From positions 256,001 through 320,000 of the forward strand of contig CAVSGO010000006.1 in NCBI GenBank assembly GCA_963727525.1: a DNA stretch of 64,000 bases. Direction: 5' to 3'. Each line of letters opens with the position of its first letter. Position 1 is the first letter of the stretch. This document shows, one piece after another, positions 46,579 to 56,484 of this stretch. The notes beneath the pieces are model-generated. The model worked only from the letters and a program-made list of their open reading frames with translations, made no database searches and was not told where the DNA came from. Source of the DNA: an uncultured bacterium (GTDB lineage Bacteria; Krumholzibacteriota; Krumholzibacteriia; LZORAL124-64-63). The position numbers and the translations under genes are program-made.

Positions 46579-48381
46579 ATGAAACTCGCCGCATTTCCTC
46601 CCGTGCACTCGTTCCACATCCCCGTGATGGGCACTGGTTTCACGATCGACACGCCGCTGAAGGTGGCGCGCTACGGCATTTCGTCGGTGGTGTCGCTGGT
46701 AGACGACGTGCTGATCGAGCAGGTACGCCGGCGGGTGAGCGACGAGAATGGCGAGCCCTGCGAACCCATCGCTGACCGTGACGAGGACGCGCGCGCCCGC
46801 CGCATCACCGCCTACCTCGACCTGCTCGACACGCTCGTCAAGCGGCAGGTGGAGCGCGTGCGGAGCGCGGCGTTCGAGGCCGGCAGCGAGATCGTACGCT
46901 ATTTCGAACTGTTGCCGCCGTCGCCTCTGCGTGGCCTGTACGAGGAGATGAGGTCGGTACGGGATCCGGCCCGGATGGCGCAGCTTCAGGAACGGCTGCG
47001 CGGCTTCGTGTCGCCGGGCGCGATCGACGTGAACATCATGACCAAGCTCGACCGCGACCGCGATCGCAGCGGCCGCAGCCTGCCCGAGCACGGTTCCGAC
47101 GCGCTGAGCGCATTGCGCGGCTTTATGAACAGCCGCGTCGACGCATCGGTCGTGCTGTCGGCAGGCATGAATCGGCGACTGTTCGCGTACATGGCAGAGT
47201 TCGACGGCATGTTTCCCGACGCGGGCGGGGCATTGCGCAAGCGCATCATCCTGAAGGTGAGCGACTTCCGCTCGGCCCTGTTGCAGGGCAAGCTGCTGGC
47301 CAGGCTGGGGCTGCACGTTTCGGAGTTCCGCGTGGAGTCGGGACTGAATTGCGGTGGCCACGCCTTCGGCGCCCAGGGGCAGCTTCTCGGCATCATACTC
47401 GACGAATTCCGGCGCGGGCGCGATGACCTGAACGAGACTCTGGGCGATGTGCGACGCCGGGCACTGGCCACGCTCGGCCGCGGCGACGACGGCTCGGAGC
47501 CTGGGCCGGCTCGCGTCACCGTTCAGGGCGGCATCGGCAACGCCGACGAGGATCGCCTGCTGCGCGAACGGTATCGCGTGGACGGCACCGGGTGGGCCAC
47601 CCCGTTCCTGTTCGTGCCCGAGGTCGTCAACATTGATCCCGCCAGCCTCGCGAGTCTGGAGTCGGCAGGCGAGGATGACATCGTCCTGAGTGGCGCGTCG
47701 CCTCTCGGCGTGCCGTTCTGGTCGTTGCGCACATCCGCCAGCGAGATGCGGCGACTCCACGGTATTGCCGACGGCCGGCCGGGTAGCCGCTGCCCGAAGG
47801 GCTATCTCGTTGCGAACACCGAGTTCTCCGAAGCCCCCGTGTGCACTGCCAGTCGTTTCTTCCAGAAGCGCAAGCTCGCGCAGATCGCCGCGTCGGCCAT
47901 GTCGAAGTTCGAGATGCGGCGCGCGCAGGAAGCCGTGGTCGCAAAGGCCTGCATCTGCCACGACCTCGCCGGCGGCGCCACCGGCCCGACGGGGATCGAT
48001 CCGCAGGCGACGACCGCCGTCTGCTGCGGTCCCAACGCCGCCTACTTCCGCGAACGCACCACCCTCGATGCCATGGTCGATCATATTTACGGGCGCGCGT
48101 CCCTCCCTCTCGCCGCCAACCGTCCGCACATGCTGCTCAAGGAACTGTCGCTGCACCTCGAAGCTTTGCGTCGCGAACTCGCTCGCCACGAGGAGCCGCC
48201 TGTCGGGTCGATCGCCCGCTCGATCGCCGGGTGCCGCGAAAACCTGCAGCGCGGCATCGAGCATTACCAGGAGCTGGCAGGCCAGATCGCCGCATCGCAT
48301 CGCGAGTCGTTCGTCAATCGCCTCGAGCAGCTGCGCAGTGAACTGGCCGATCTCCTGCCGGCGTGCGTGTCGCGGGGCTGA
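46579..48381 (+). CDS. Conserved hypothetical protein, probable FMN TIM-barrel oxidoreductase with Cys-rich C-terminus
   Basis: HSFHIPVMGTGFTIDTP, VNIMTK, ESGLNCGGHAF, QGGIG, GWATPFL; CPKG...CTAS...CICH...CCGPN. Confidence 0.7.
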   Translation: MKLAAFPPVHSFHIPVMGTGFTIDTPLKVARYGISSVVSLVDDVLIEQVRRRVSDENGEPCEPIADRDEDARARRITAYLDLLDTLVKRQVERVRSAAFEAGSEIVRYFELLPPSPLRGLYEEMRSVRDPARMAQLQERLRGFVSPGAIDVNIMTKLDRDRDRSGRSLPEHGSDALSALRGFMNSRVDASVVLSAGMNRRLFAYMAEFDGMFPDAGGALRKRIILKVSDFRSALLQGKLLARLGLHVSEFRVESGLNCGGHAFGAQGQLLGIILDEFRRGRDDLNETLGDVRRRALATLGRGDDGSEPGPARVTVQGGIGNADEDRLLRERYRVDGTGWATPFLFVPEVVNIDPASLASLESAGEDDIVLSGASPLGVPFWSLRTSASEMRRLHGIADGRPGSRCPKGYLVANTEFSEAPVCTASRFFQKRKLAQIAASAMSKFEMRRAQEAVVAKACICHDLAGGATGPTGIDPQATTAVCCGPNAAYFRERTTLDAMVDHIYGRASLPLAANRPHMLLKELSLHLEALRRELARHEEPPVGSIARSIAGCRENLQRGIEHYQELAGQIAASHRESFVNRLEQLRSELADLLPACVSRG

Positions 48382-48389
48382 CGCGGGCG

Positions 48390-49538
48390 TCAGCGTCGTA
48401 GCCGCTCCGCTGCCCGTTCCAGCGTCGTCATGGTCTTGCAGAAGGCGAAACGCAGCAGGCGTCGTCCCTCGGTGTGGTCGTCCAGGTAGAACACACTGGG
48501 TGGTATGGCGGCCACGCCGCGTGTCGCGATGAGGTGGCGGGCGAAGCTCATGTCGTCGGTGGCGGCGAGGGCCGTGAAATCGGCGAGCAGGAAGTAGGTG
48601 CCCGCGCACGGCGCGACGGCGAAGCCCACGTCTGTCAAAACACCGGCCAGGAAGTCGCGACGGGTGGTGTACTCCGTGCGCAATCCGCCGTAGTACGTGT
48701 CGTCGAGTTCCTCGAGGGCGCGCGCCACGGCCATCTGCATGGGGGTGACGGAGCAGAAGGTGAGGAACTGATGGGCCGCCTGCAGAGCGGCCACCATCGC
48801 CGCTGGTCCGGTGGCCCAACCGATCTTCCAGCCCGTGCAGGAGAGCGACTTGCCCGCGCTCGCCAGGCGCAGCGTGCGCTCGCGCATGCCGGGCAGCGTG
48901 GCGATGGGCACGTGGCGGCGGCCGTCGTAGGTGAGGTGCTCGTACACCTCGTCGGCCAGCACGATGAGGTCGTGACGGCGGCACAGGTCGGCCAGCGCCG
49001 CCAGCTCGTCGGGCGTGAACACCTTGCCGGTGGGATTGTGCGGCGTGTTGAGCAGCAGCATGCGAGTGCGCGGCGTGATGGCGCCGGCCACGGCGTCGAT
49101 GTCGAGGGCGAAGTCGGGAAAGCGCAGCGTCACCGGCACGATGCGGGCACCGGCCATGGCCGCGGTGGCCGGGTACGAATCGTAGATGGGCTCGAAGGCG
49201 ATCACCTCGTCACCCGGCTCGATCAACCCGAGCATGGCGGCGGCGATGCCCTCGGTGGCCCCGCTCGTCACACCCACCTCGGTGAGGGGATCGTAAGCCA
49301 GGCCGTAACGGGCTTCGATGGCCCGCGCGACCGCGCGCACCAGCTGCGGATGGCCCTGGGAGCGCGCGTACTGGTTCGCGCCCTCGCGCATCGCCTGCAT
49401 CGCCGCCTCCATGAGTAGCGGCGGGCCGTCGAAATCGGGGAAGCCCTGGGACAGGTTGATGGCGTCGTACTCAGCGGCGAGTCGCGTCATCTCGCTGAAG
49501 ATGGTGGTGCCGAAGGGGCGTAGGCGGCTGGCGATCAC
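48390..49538 (-). CDS. Class I/II aminotransferase (YbdL/methionine-kynurenine aminotransferase-like)
   Basis: TTIFSEMTRLA, INLSQGFPDF, GATEG, NTPHNPTG, DEVYEH, SAGKSLSCTGWKIGW, RFAFCK. Confidence 0.92.
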   Translation of the reverse strand: MIASRLRPFGTTIFSEMTRLAAEYDAINLSQGFPDFDGPPLLMEAAMQAMREGANQYARSQGHPQLVRAVARAIEARYGLAYDPLTEVGVTSGATEGIAAAMLGLIEPGDEVIAFEPIYDSYPATAAMAGARIVPVTLRFPDFALDIDAVAGAITPRTRMLLLNTPHNPTGKVFTPDELAALADLCRRHDLIVLADEVYEHLTYDGRRHVPIATLPGMRERTLRLASAGKSLSCTGWKIGWATGPAAMVAALQAAHQFLTFCSVTPMQMAVARALEELDDTYYGGLRTEYTTRRDFLAGVLTDVGFAVAPCAGTYFLLADFTALAATDDMSFARHLIATRGVAAIPPSVFYLDDHTEGRRLLRFAFCKTMTTLERAAERLRR

Positions 49539-49674
49539 GGGTCTACCTCTCGCGGTTTGCATCCGGTTCCTCAGCAGGAGCTTATCACCTCCCGACGCCG
49601 GCGCCAGCGGCGAGATCGGCGGTGTCTTCCTATCGTGACCGGGATTCACGATACCCAACCCGGGAGGCTTGCCG

Positions 49675-50457
49675 ATGAAGACGCTGCTCACCCTCGCCAC
49701 GCTCGGCCTGGCCCTGACGCCGACCGTCGCCGGCGCCAGGATCGTCACGAAGACGATCGACTACACGCAGAACGGCGTGACGTTCGAGGGCTACCTGGCT
49801 TACGACGACGCCAGCCAGGCGCCGCGCCCCGGCGTGCTGATCTTCCACCAGTGGATGGGGTTGACGGACTACGAGAAGATGCGCGCCGAGAAGCTCGCCA
49901 AGCTCGGCTACGTGGCCTTCGCGGCCGACGTGTACGGCAAGGGCGTGCGTCCCACCGATACGAGCGAGGCGCAGACGCAGACGAAGAAGTTCTATGCCGA
50001 CCGCGCCATGTGGCGCCAGCGCGGTCAGGCGGCCCTCGCGGAACTGCTGCGGCACCCCCAGGTGGACCCCGCGCACGTGGCGGCGATCGGCTATTGCTTT
50101 GGCGGCGGGAGTGCCCTGGAACTGGCGCGCTCGGGCGCCGATCTCGTCGGCGTGGTGACATTCCACGGAACGCTGAGCACGCCCACGCCCGAGGACGCGA
50201 AGAACATCAAGGCCAAGGTCCTCATCTGCCACGGCGCCGACGATCCCTACGTACCCCTCAAGGATGTGCACGCCTGCATCGAGGAGATGAAGAACGCCGG
50301 CGTCGATTACGAGGTAGCGCTGTACGGCGGTGCGGTGCATGCCTTCACCCAACCGGGCGCCGGCGACGATCCGAGCCAGGGCGCCGCCTACAACGCCGAG
50401 GCCGACCACCGCTCCTGGCAACTCCTGCAGGACTTTTTCGCCGAGATCTTCCCGTGA
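49675..50457 (+). CDS. Dienelactone hydrolase family protein, exported
   Basis: Signal peptide; HQWMG, GYCFGG nucleophile elbow, HGADD, HAFT. Confidence 0.92.
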   Translation: MKTLLTLATLGLALTPTVAGARIVTKTIDYTQNGVTFEGYLAYDDASQAPRPGVLIFHQWMGLTDYEKMRAEKLAKLGYVAFAADVYGKGVRPTDTSEAQTQTKKFYADRAMWRQRGQAALAELLRHPQVDPAHVAAIGYCFGGGSALELARSGADLVGVVTFHGTLSTPTPEDAKNIKAKVLICHGADDPYVPLKDVHACIEEMKNAGVDYEVALYGGAVHAFTQPGAGDDPSQGAAYNAEADHRSWQLLQDFFAEIFP

Positions 50458-50467
50458 TGCCGGAGCG

Positions 50468-51115
50468 TCACCGGTAGAACGACTTGATGGTGCCCCAGGA
50501 ACTCGGCTGCGCGGCGACGCCGTCGCACGCGTGTGGCAAGAGCACCGCGACGCCCGGAACCGACCACCCCTCGGCATCGCGCGTGACGTCGCCGACGGCC
50601 CCGCCGCCACAGAAGTTCATGGGCTCGATGACGAGGTCGCCGTCGACCAAGACGCCGATCGCCGGATAGCCGGGAAGCGAGGACGGTGTGGCGGGTCCCA
50701 CCTGGATGAACGTAAGCTCCGGCTGAACCAGGAAGTACAACTGCACCGAGAGGAGCAGCGTCGGTCCGGTCGTGGTAAGCGGCGTGCCGCAGCCGATTAT
50801 CACGTTGTACGGGTCCCACACGTCGATTCCGCAGGGCCAGGTGGACCCGAGGACCAGCGGCGCCGGATCGGCATCCGGTTCGATCCGCCAGGCGAACTCG
50901 TAGCCGCCGATCGCATCAAGCGAACAGTTGCGCAGCACGAAGTACATGGTGATTGGCACGGCGGGCGCCGTCTCCAGGCAATTCACCGTGTAACTTGACG
51001 AGTCGAAGTACACCCCGATCCCGTTCTCGACGTCGTCGCAGATGGCCTGGGTGATGTTCGGAAACGCCAGCGCGAGCGCGCCGGCCATGACGAGTGCACA
51101 GGAGATGCGTGGCAT
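50468..51115 (-). CDS. Secreted protein with C-terminal SWGTIKSFYR tail
   Basis: GGAGG RBS; signal peptide; IGVYFD, GGYEF; ends VAAQPSSWGTIKSFYR. Confidence 0.8.
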   Translation of the reverse strand: MPRISCALVMAGALALAFPNITQAICDDVENGIGVYFDSSSYTVNCLETAPAVPITMYFVLRNCSLDAIGGYEFAWRIEPDADPAPLVLGSTWPCGIDVWDPYNVIIGCGTPLTTTGPTLLLSVQLYFLVQPELTFIQVGPATPSSLPGYPAIGVLVDGDLVIEPMNFCGGGAVGDVTRDAEGWSVPGVAVLLPHACDGVAAQPSSWGTIKSFYR

Positions 51116-51209
51116 GCTTCAGCCTCCCTTGCCCCGGATGAACGCCACGGTCGTTGGCGATCTTACACCCCCGTAAGCGCGGAGACAACGGAGAGGCTGT
51201 GAAGATGGA

Positions 51210-51683
51210 TCAGGCGCGTCCCAGCATGCGCAGCAGGGTGGCCCGCAGGCGACCGGCGTAGATGTTCAGGAAGTGATTGCGGCGCAACGATCCGAATACC
51301 GGTGAACGGCGCGGCTCGACGCGTTGCAACTCCTGCTGCAGGGAGGTGTCGTGGCGGCCCAGCTCCATCGCGCGACCGAAGTGGCGGAAGGCGGCGCCGC
51401 GGCGCGAGTCGAGGAGATTCACCTTGCCCAGGGCGAAGTGCCCGGCGGGATCCTCGGGGTTGTCGCGGACGACCGTCCGCGCGATCTTGGTGGCCGTGTC
51501 CAGCCGCTCCCCCCGGGCCGCGACACTGATCGCGAGGTAGGCCAGCAACTTGGGGTGCTTGGGCTCGCGTGCGAGTCCCTGGCTGAGGTACTTTTCCGCC
51601 TCCGCGAATTCTCCCTCGGCAAGGAGTGCGGCCGCGGCGCGTACGATGCTCGCCATGACGTCGTCGGTTTCGTCTTCCAGCAT
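51210..51683 (-). CDS. TPR-containing protein
   Basis: TPR-like helices (GEFAEAEKYL...EP; NPEDPAGHFALGKV); tail RRSPVFGSLRRNHFLNIYAGRLR; start uncertain. Confidence 0.75.
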   Translation of the reverse strand: MLEDETDDVMASIVRAAAALLAEGEFAEAEKYLSQGLAREPKHPKLLAYLAISVAARGERLDTATKIARTVVRDNPEDPAGHFALGKVNLLDSRRGAAFRHFGRAMELGRHDTSLQQELQRVEPRRSPVFGSLRRNHFLNIYAGRLRATLLRMLGRA

Positions 51684-51944
51684 GAACGTGGAGCCGGCAA
51701 ACGGGTCGCGGCCGCTGTCGTGCTTCAAGGATGGTCTGGCCGGCATTTCGGCTCCGATCTGGGCTGGGTGTTGCCCCTGGATCGGCCCGTAACCTCTTTT
51801 CTTTAGAGGGATTCGGCCCCGGCCCCTTCTGCCGTCACCGCAGCCTCGCCGTGCTTCCACGCGCCCGGCGGCGTATGCGCGGTCGGGACGGAGGTGGCGT
51901 GCCGGACGAAGGCGCGGGACATGGGGACCGCCGCGGCGGTCGGG

Positions 51945-53063
51945 TCAGACCGCGTGGCCGGGGTCGTAAACCTCTATGGTGCCGTCAGTTCGGTCGACAA
52001 AGTAGCGGTAGATATCGGCCACGAAATCCTGGCACACCCGCAATTGCTGCGGGGCGATGCGGAAGGCGACCAGGCGCATCTGGTGATCCCAGATGAGTCG
52101 GCAGTTGTCCAGGGCACTGCAGAAGAACGACGCGACCACGGCCGGCAGCGTCGTGGCTTCCATAAGGTGGAACTCGAGCGGCTTGTCGATCGCGCCGAGC
52201 GCGATGTTCAAACCAGCGAGCACGGTGCCGAGGCGCAGCCGCTGCTCGCGCGGGTGAGGCAGGTACACCACCTCGCGTCCTGCGAACGAGCGTACGACCC
52301 CGGCCAGCAGATCCCGGTAGGTCTCCACCGTCACGTAGCCGTCCTCGATCAACGGTTGTCCCAGGAAGTAGCACCGGCCATTCGTGACGACCGTGCGCGA
52401 ACGCTCCCGCAAATGCTCGTACGTGTTGCGCAGCAACGTGTCTGGCGGCGGAAGGTCCACGTCGTAGGTGGAAAAGAACGTGAGCGCATCGGCCTCGCGG
52501 CCCTGCCACATCACGTGGCGCTTGACCAGGCGCCCCTTGGGCGAGACCGGAGCCACGTCAGGCTTGGGGCGGGCGCCTTGCTCATACCAGCGACAGCGCG
52601 CCGCGGCAATGCGCAGCGTGTCCGTCCCGTCGTCCACGACGATGCAGCGTCCGGGTTGCACCTGGGCGACGAGGTGCTGGAAGTACACCTGCAGGTAGTT
52701 GCCGATCACCAGCGTCGGTACGCCATGCCAGGGGCGGAAAGTCGCCTCGAAGCGGTTTCGCAGGAGCCACTGGCTCAGCATGCGGAAGCGCTCGTGACGC
52801 TGCCAGCGGTCGTTGTCGAGCGCCGGCAGCCCAACCTCGTTCCAGATATGACGGAAATCGAAGCAATGCACGCCAGCCCAATGGCTCGGGTCGACCAGGT
52901 CGAGGATCTCCCGCTTCGAGTTGTGCGTGGAGGTGAACACATAGAGAAACGGCGAGTCGAAGCCCAGTGAGTAGCGGGCCTCGATCGCATTGAGCATTTG
53001 CAGCGGCGTCTTCACGACCAGCAGGGCATCGTGAGCGCCAGGTGCGAAGGACGCTTGCGGCAT
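51945..53063 (-). CDS. Sialyltransferase-like (nonulosonic acid) glycosyltransferase
   Basis: TPLQMLNAIEA, VVDDG, FFS-x-Y, FLGQP, PHPRE, SFFCSAL; D-D-G and HP motifs of bacterial sialyltransferases; divergent from the neu/leg genes. Confidence 0.78.
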   Translation of the reverse strand: MPQASFAPGAHDALLVVKTPLQMLNAIEARYSLGFDSPFLYVFTSTHNSKREILDLVDPSHWAGVHCFDFRHIWNEVGLPALDNDRWQRHERFRMLSQWLLRNRFEATFRPWHGVPTLVIGNYLQVYFQHLVAQVQPGRCIVVDDGTDTLRIAAARCRWYEQGARPKPDVAPVSPKGRLVKRHVMWQGREADALTFFSTYDVDLPPPDTLLRNTYEHLRERSRTVVTNGRCYFLGQPLIEDGYVTVETYRDLLAGVVRSFAGREVVYLPHPREQRLRLGTVLAGLNIALGAIDKPLEFHLMEATTLPAVVASFFCSALDNCRLIWDHQMRLVAFRIAPQQLRVCQDFVADIYRYFVDRTDGTIEVYDPGHAV

Positions 53064-53065
53064 CT

Positions 53066-53107
53066 CTCTTGCTCTCACGTTCCTCTTGCTCTCACGTTGC
53101 TCTTGCT
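53066..53107. repeat. 17-bp tandem repeat CTCTTGCTCTCACGTTS (2.5 copies)
   Basis: Units at 53066, 53083 and partial at 53100. Confidence 0.85.
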
Positions 53108-53332
53108 GTCGCGCCACCTGATCACGGTGGACCAGGGGTCAGGCGGTCCCCTCGCAAGGGCTCGTCCCGGACACAACCATAGCAGATTGGATCGGTACGC
53201 AGAATCCCCGGAACACGATTATATTGGCGTCGCGCTGGTCCAGCAATACCCCGACGCGCGGTGGACGGACCGACCCGCGGTCGTTATCGTCATCGGCGCC
53301 ATGCTTTGAAGCGCTAACCTCAGCGAGCGATC

Positions 53333-54682
53333 ATGCCTTTTCTCCTCGTGGGTGACAACCGTTCCAACACGAACTGGGGCGGGAGATCGGCCAGCCTGGC
53401 CTTGTTTTCTTTAGTCCGTACCGAGCTGGGGACGGGCGAGAGCGTGACCGGTGGCGAGCTGGGCCGCTCCTCGGCGGACTACGGGTTTCGCACCCGCCTG
53501 TTGCCGCCGTCGAAGCTCTGGCTGGCGCGCGCTCTGACCACTCGTCCGACGCGCAATCCCCTGGTCACCGCCTGGAAGAGCGTCGATCGGGCCCTCGGAG
53601 CTGGGGATTTCCTTACGGACGATCCCGAGCGTTCCGTGCGGAATCTCCTGAACTGGCGCGCACGCGATCCCGGCCTGCAGTCGCTGCTCGACCGGGTGGA
53701 GCGGGCTGACGTGGTCGTGGTCAACGGCGAGGGCGACGTGGTCTTCGGGCGGCCGGTGCGCCGCCAGGTGCGGTTCTTCGCCATGATCATCCACCTCGCG
53801 CGCAAGCTCGGCAAGCGCGTGGTCTTCGCCAACGCCATGCTCTCCGACTGCCCGCGAACCGGGCGCCACCCCGGCGCCTTCGCGGCGATGACCTCGGCGC
53901 TGCGCCTGTGCGACGTGGTCTGCGTCCGCGATCCCCACTCGCGCCACCTGGCCCGCGAGGAGATGGGCATCGCCGACTGCCACCTGGTGCCCGACGCCCT
54001 CTTCCACTGGTACGACGTGCTGCACGAGGCGCGACGGCAGCTCCCGGCCAACGGCGATTTCGTGATCCCGCACCCCGAGAACGATCGCTACCTCGGCCGG
54101 CTCGACCTCTCCGGAGATTACATCTGTGTCGGCGGCAACTCCATCGTCACGCAGCCAGGGCAACTCGCGCCGGTGGCCGCGGGGTACCGACGGCTGTGCG
54201 AGGGACTCGCGGCGCTGGGGCTGCCGGTGATCGTGGTGGTCAGCGACGGCCGGGACACCTTCCTCGAGGACACTGCGTGCGATCTCGGGCTGGGCATCGT
54301 GCCCCTGCGCACGCCTATCTATCTCGCCGCCGCCATCGTGAGCCGGGCGCGACTTTTCGTGTCGGGTCGCTACCATCCCACAATCATGGCCTCGCTGGGC
54401 GGCACGCCGAGTATTTTCCTGGCCACGGGTGCGCACAAGATGCACAGTCTGGCCACGGTGCTCGACTACCCCGACGAGGAGATCTTTCCGGCCGATCTCT
54501 CCGCTGCCGATGTCTCGCGCGTCTGCAGCCTCGCTCGCGAACGTCTGGCTGCCGGCGACTCGCTGCGCACACGCGTGGAGGCGTCGGCGGCGCGGCGCGC
54601 GGCCGAAACGGACGTGCTCGGGCGACTGATCGCAGCCCGCGGGACGCGGACCCGTATGACCGTGGAGCCACGCCATGTCTGA
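53333..54682 (+). CDS. Polysaccharide pyruvyl transferase family protein
   Basis: NWGG, VVVNGEG, VRDPHS, VPDALF, SGRYHP, HKM. Confidence 0.82.
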   Translation: MPFLLVGDNRSNTNWGGRSASLALFSLVRTELGTGESVTGGELGRSSADYGFRTRLLPPSKLWLARALTTRPTRNPLVTAWKSVDRALGAGDFLTDDPERSVRNLLNWRARDPGLQSLLDRVERADVVVVNGEGDVVFGRPVRRQVRFFAMIIHLARKLGKRVVFANAMLSDCPRTGRHPGAFAAMTSALRLCDVVCVRDPHSRHLAREEMGIADCHLVPDALFHWYDVLHEARRQLPANGDFVIPHPENDRYLGRLDLSGDYICVGGNSIVTQPGQLAPVAAGYRRLCEGLAALGLPVIVVVSDGRDTFLEDTACDLGLGIVPLRTPIYLAAAIVSRARLFVSGRYHPTIMASLGGTPSIFLATGAHKMHSLATVLDYPDEEIFPADLSAADVSRVCSLARERLAAGDSLRTRVEASAARRAAETDVLGRLIAARGTRTRMTVEPRHV

Positions 54683-55838
54683 GTTCATCCCCCTGTCGGT
54701 TCCGGTGCTCCAGGGCAACGAGTGGGCCTATGTCCGCGAGTGCCTCGACACGGGCTGGGTCTCGTCGGCCGGCGGTTACGTGACGCGCTTCGAGAAGGAA
54801 CTCGCCGCCAAGGTGGGCACCGCCCACGGCGTGGCTTGCACGAGCGGCACGGGGGCGCTCCACGTGGCGCTGCAGATGGTCGGGGTGACGAAAGGCGACC
54901 TCGTGCTGGCGCCCACCATCACCTTCATCGCGCCCATCAACACGATTCGCTACCTCGGCGCCGACCCGTTATTCGTCGACTGCGACGCGTACTTCAATCT
55001 CGACCCGACCCTCGCCCGAGAGTATCTCGATACGCAGACCGAGCAGCGCGACGGCCACTGCTTCGACCGCCAGACCGGGCGGCGACTGGCGGCCCTCGTG
55101 TCGGTGGCTGTGTTCGGCAATGCGGGAGACTGGGTCGAGCTGTACGCCGATTGCCGCGCACGCGGTATCGCCATCGTCGAGGACGCCACCGAGGCCCTCG
55201 GCACGCGCTACACCGATGGCGCCTGGACGGGTCTGCACGCCGGCGCGGCGGGCGATCTCGGTTGCTTTTCCTTCAACGGCAATAAGATCATCACCACCGG
55301 CGGTGGCGGCATGATCGTCACCAACAGCGACCACTTCGCCGACCGGGCCCGCTACCTCACGCAGCAGGCCAAGGACGATCCCATCGCCTACCGCCATGAC
55401 TCGGTGGGGTACAACTACCGCATGACGAACGTGGCGGCGGCCATGGGCGTGGCGCAACTCGAGCAGCTCGAGACCTACCTGGAGCGCAAGCAGGCGAACC
55501 TCGCCCGGTATCGCGAGGGTCTCGCCGACCTCGGCTGGGCCGAGCTGGCCGCGCCACCCGGCTACGCGCGCAACAACCTGTGGATGATCCCGCTCGTCGT
55601 GCGGGGGGGCACCTGGCACGGCCGGGCGCGGGCCCTGGTCGACGTGCTCGCGGCCGAGCGCATCGAGACGCGGCCGCTATGGTGGGCGAACCACATGCAG
55701 AAGCCGTACCAGGACTGTCGCCTGCTCGGCGGGGAGCGGGCGTTCGATCTCGTGGCAAATACGATCAACCTGCCGTGCAGCGTCAACCTGACGCCGGCGG
55801 AGATCGACCGCGTTTGCGAGGTGCTGCACCGTGTCTAG
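54675..55838 (+). CDS. legC: LegC-family sugar aminotransferase
   Basis: IPLSVP, CLDTGWVSSAG, SGTGALH, EDATEALG, SFNGNKIITTGGGG, QAK, GYNYRMTN. Confidence 0.88.
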   Translation: MSEFIPLSVPVLQGNEWAYVRECLDTGWVSSAGGYVTRFEKELAAKVGTAHGVACTSGTGALHVALQMVGVTKGDLVLAPTITFIAPINTIRYLGADPLFVDCDAYFNLDPTLAREYLDTQTEQRDGHCFDRQTGRRLAALVSVAVFGNAGDWVELYADCRARGIAIVEDATEALGTRYTDGAWTGLHAGAAGDLGCFSFNGNKIITTGGGGMIVTNSDHFADRARYLTQQAKDDPIAYRHDSVGYNYRMTNVAAAMGVAQLEQLETYLERKQANLARYREGLADLGWAELAAPPGYARNNLWMIPLVVRGGTWHGRARALVDVLAAERIETRPLWWANHMQKPYQDCRLLGGERAFDLVANTINLPCSVNLTPAEIDRVCEVLHRV

Positions 55839-56484
55839 AACGATCGGTTCGCGGGTCATCGTCATCGGCGGGGGCGGGCATGCGCGGGTGCTGATGGGCA
55901 TCACTCGGCGCCTGGCCGGCCTCGAGGTGGTGGGCTACGCCGATCGCGACGACCGCGGCGTGCGCGACGGTGTGCCGTACCTGGGCGACGACGCGGCCGT
56001 TGCGCCTCGCTATGGCGATGGCGAGCTCTTGCTCGGCGTGGGCCTCATGACCGATGCCGCAGCGCGCTGGCGTCTCTACAGGCACCATCGCGAGGCCGGC
56101 GGCCGTTTCCTCACGCTCGTGTCGCCGCTAGCCCTGGTCGACGACACGGTGCATCTGGGCGCCGGCTGCGTGGTCATGGACCAGACCGCGGTCAACCCCG
56201 GCGCGCGTCTGGGCGAGATCTGCATCGTGAACACCGGTGCCGTGGTGGAGCACGATTGCCGCCTCGGCGACAACGTGCACGTGGCGCCCCACGCCACCCT
56301 CTGCGGCGACGTCACCGTGGGCAGCCACTGCCTCATCGGCGCCGGCGCCGTGCTGGTGCCGGGCGTTACCGTGGCTGCGTACACCATCATCGGCGCCGGC
56401 GCCGTGGTCGCGCGCGACATCGCCGAACCGGGCACCTACGTCGGCGTGCCGGCCACGCGGCGGGGCGAAGGGATGCCGGAATGA
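55831..56484 (+). CDS. NeuD/PglB-type sugar acetyltransferase
   Basis: IGGGGHAR, hexapeptide repeats, NTGAVVEHDC, YVGVPA. Confidence 0.9.
   Translation: MSRTIGSRVIVIGGGGHARVLMGITRRLAGLEVVGYADRDDRGVRDGVPYLGDDAAVAPRYGDGELLLGVGLMTDAAARWRLYRHHREAGGRFLTLVSPLALVDDTVHLGAGCVVMDQTAVNPGARLGEICIVNTGAVVEHDCRLGDNVHVAPHATLCGDVTVGSHCLIGAGAVLVPGVTVAAYTIIGAGAVVARDIAEPGTYVGVPATRRGEGMPE

Noticed and set aside
45310-48984. 1224-aa minus-strand ORF, and similar long antisense ORFs (33212-35857, 9566-11641, 17830-19752, 30736-32589)
   Set aside because: Shadow frames of well-supported genes in high-GC DNA; no recognisable motifs
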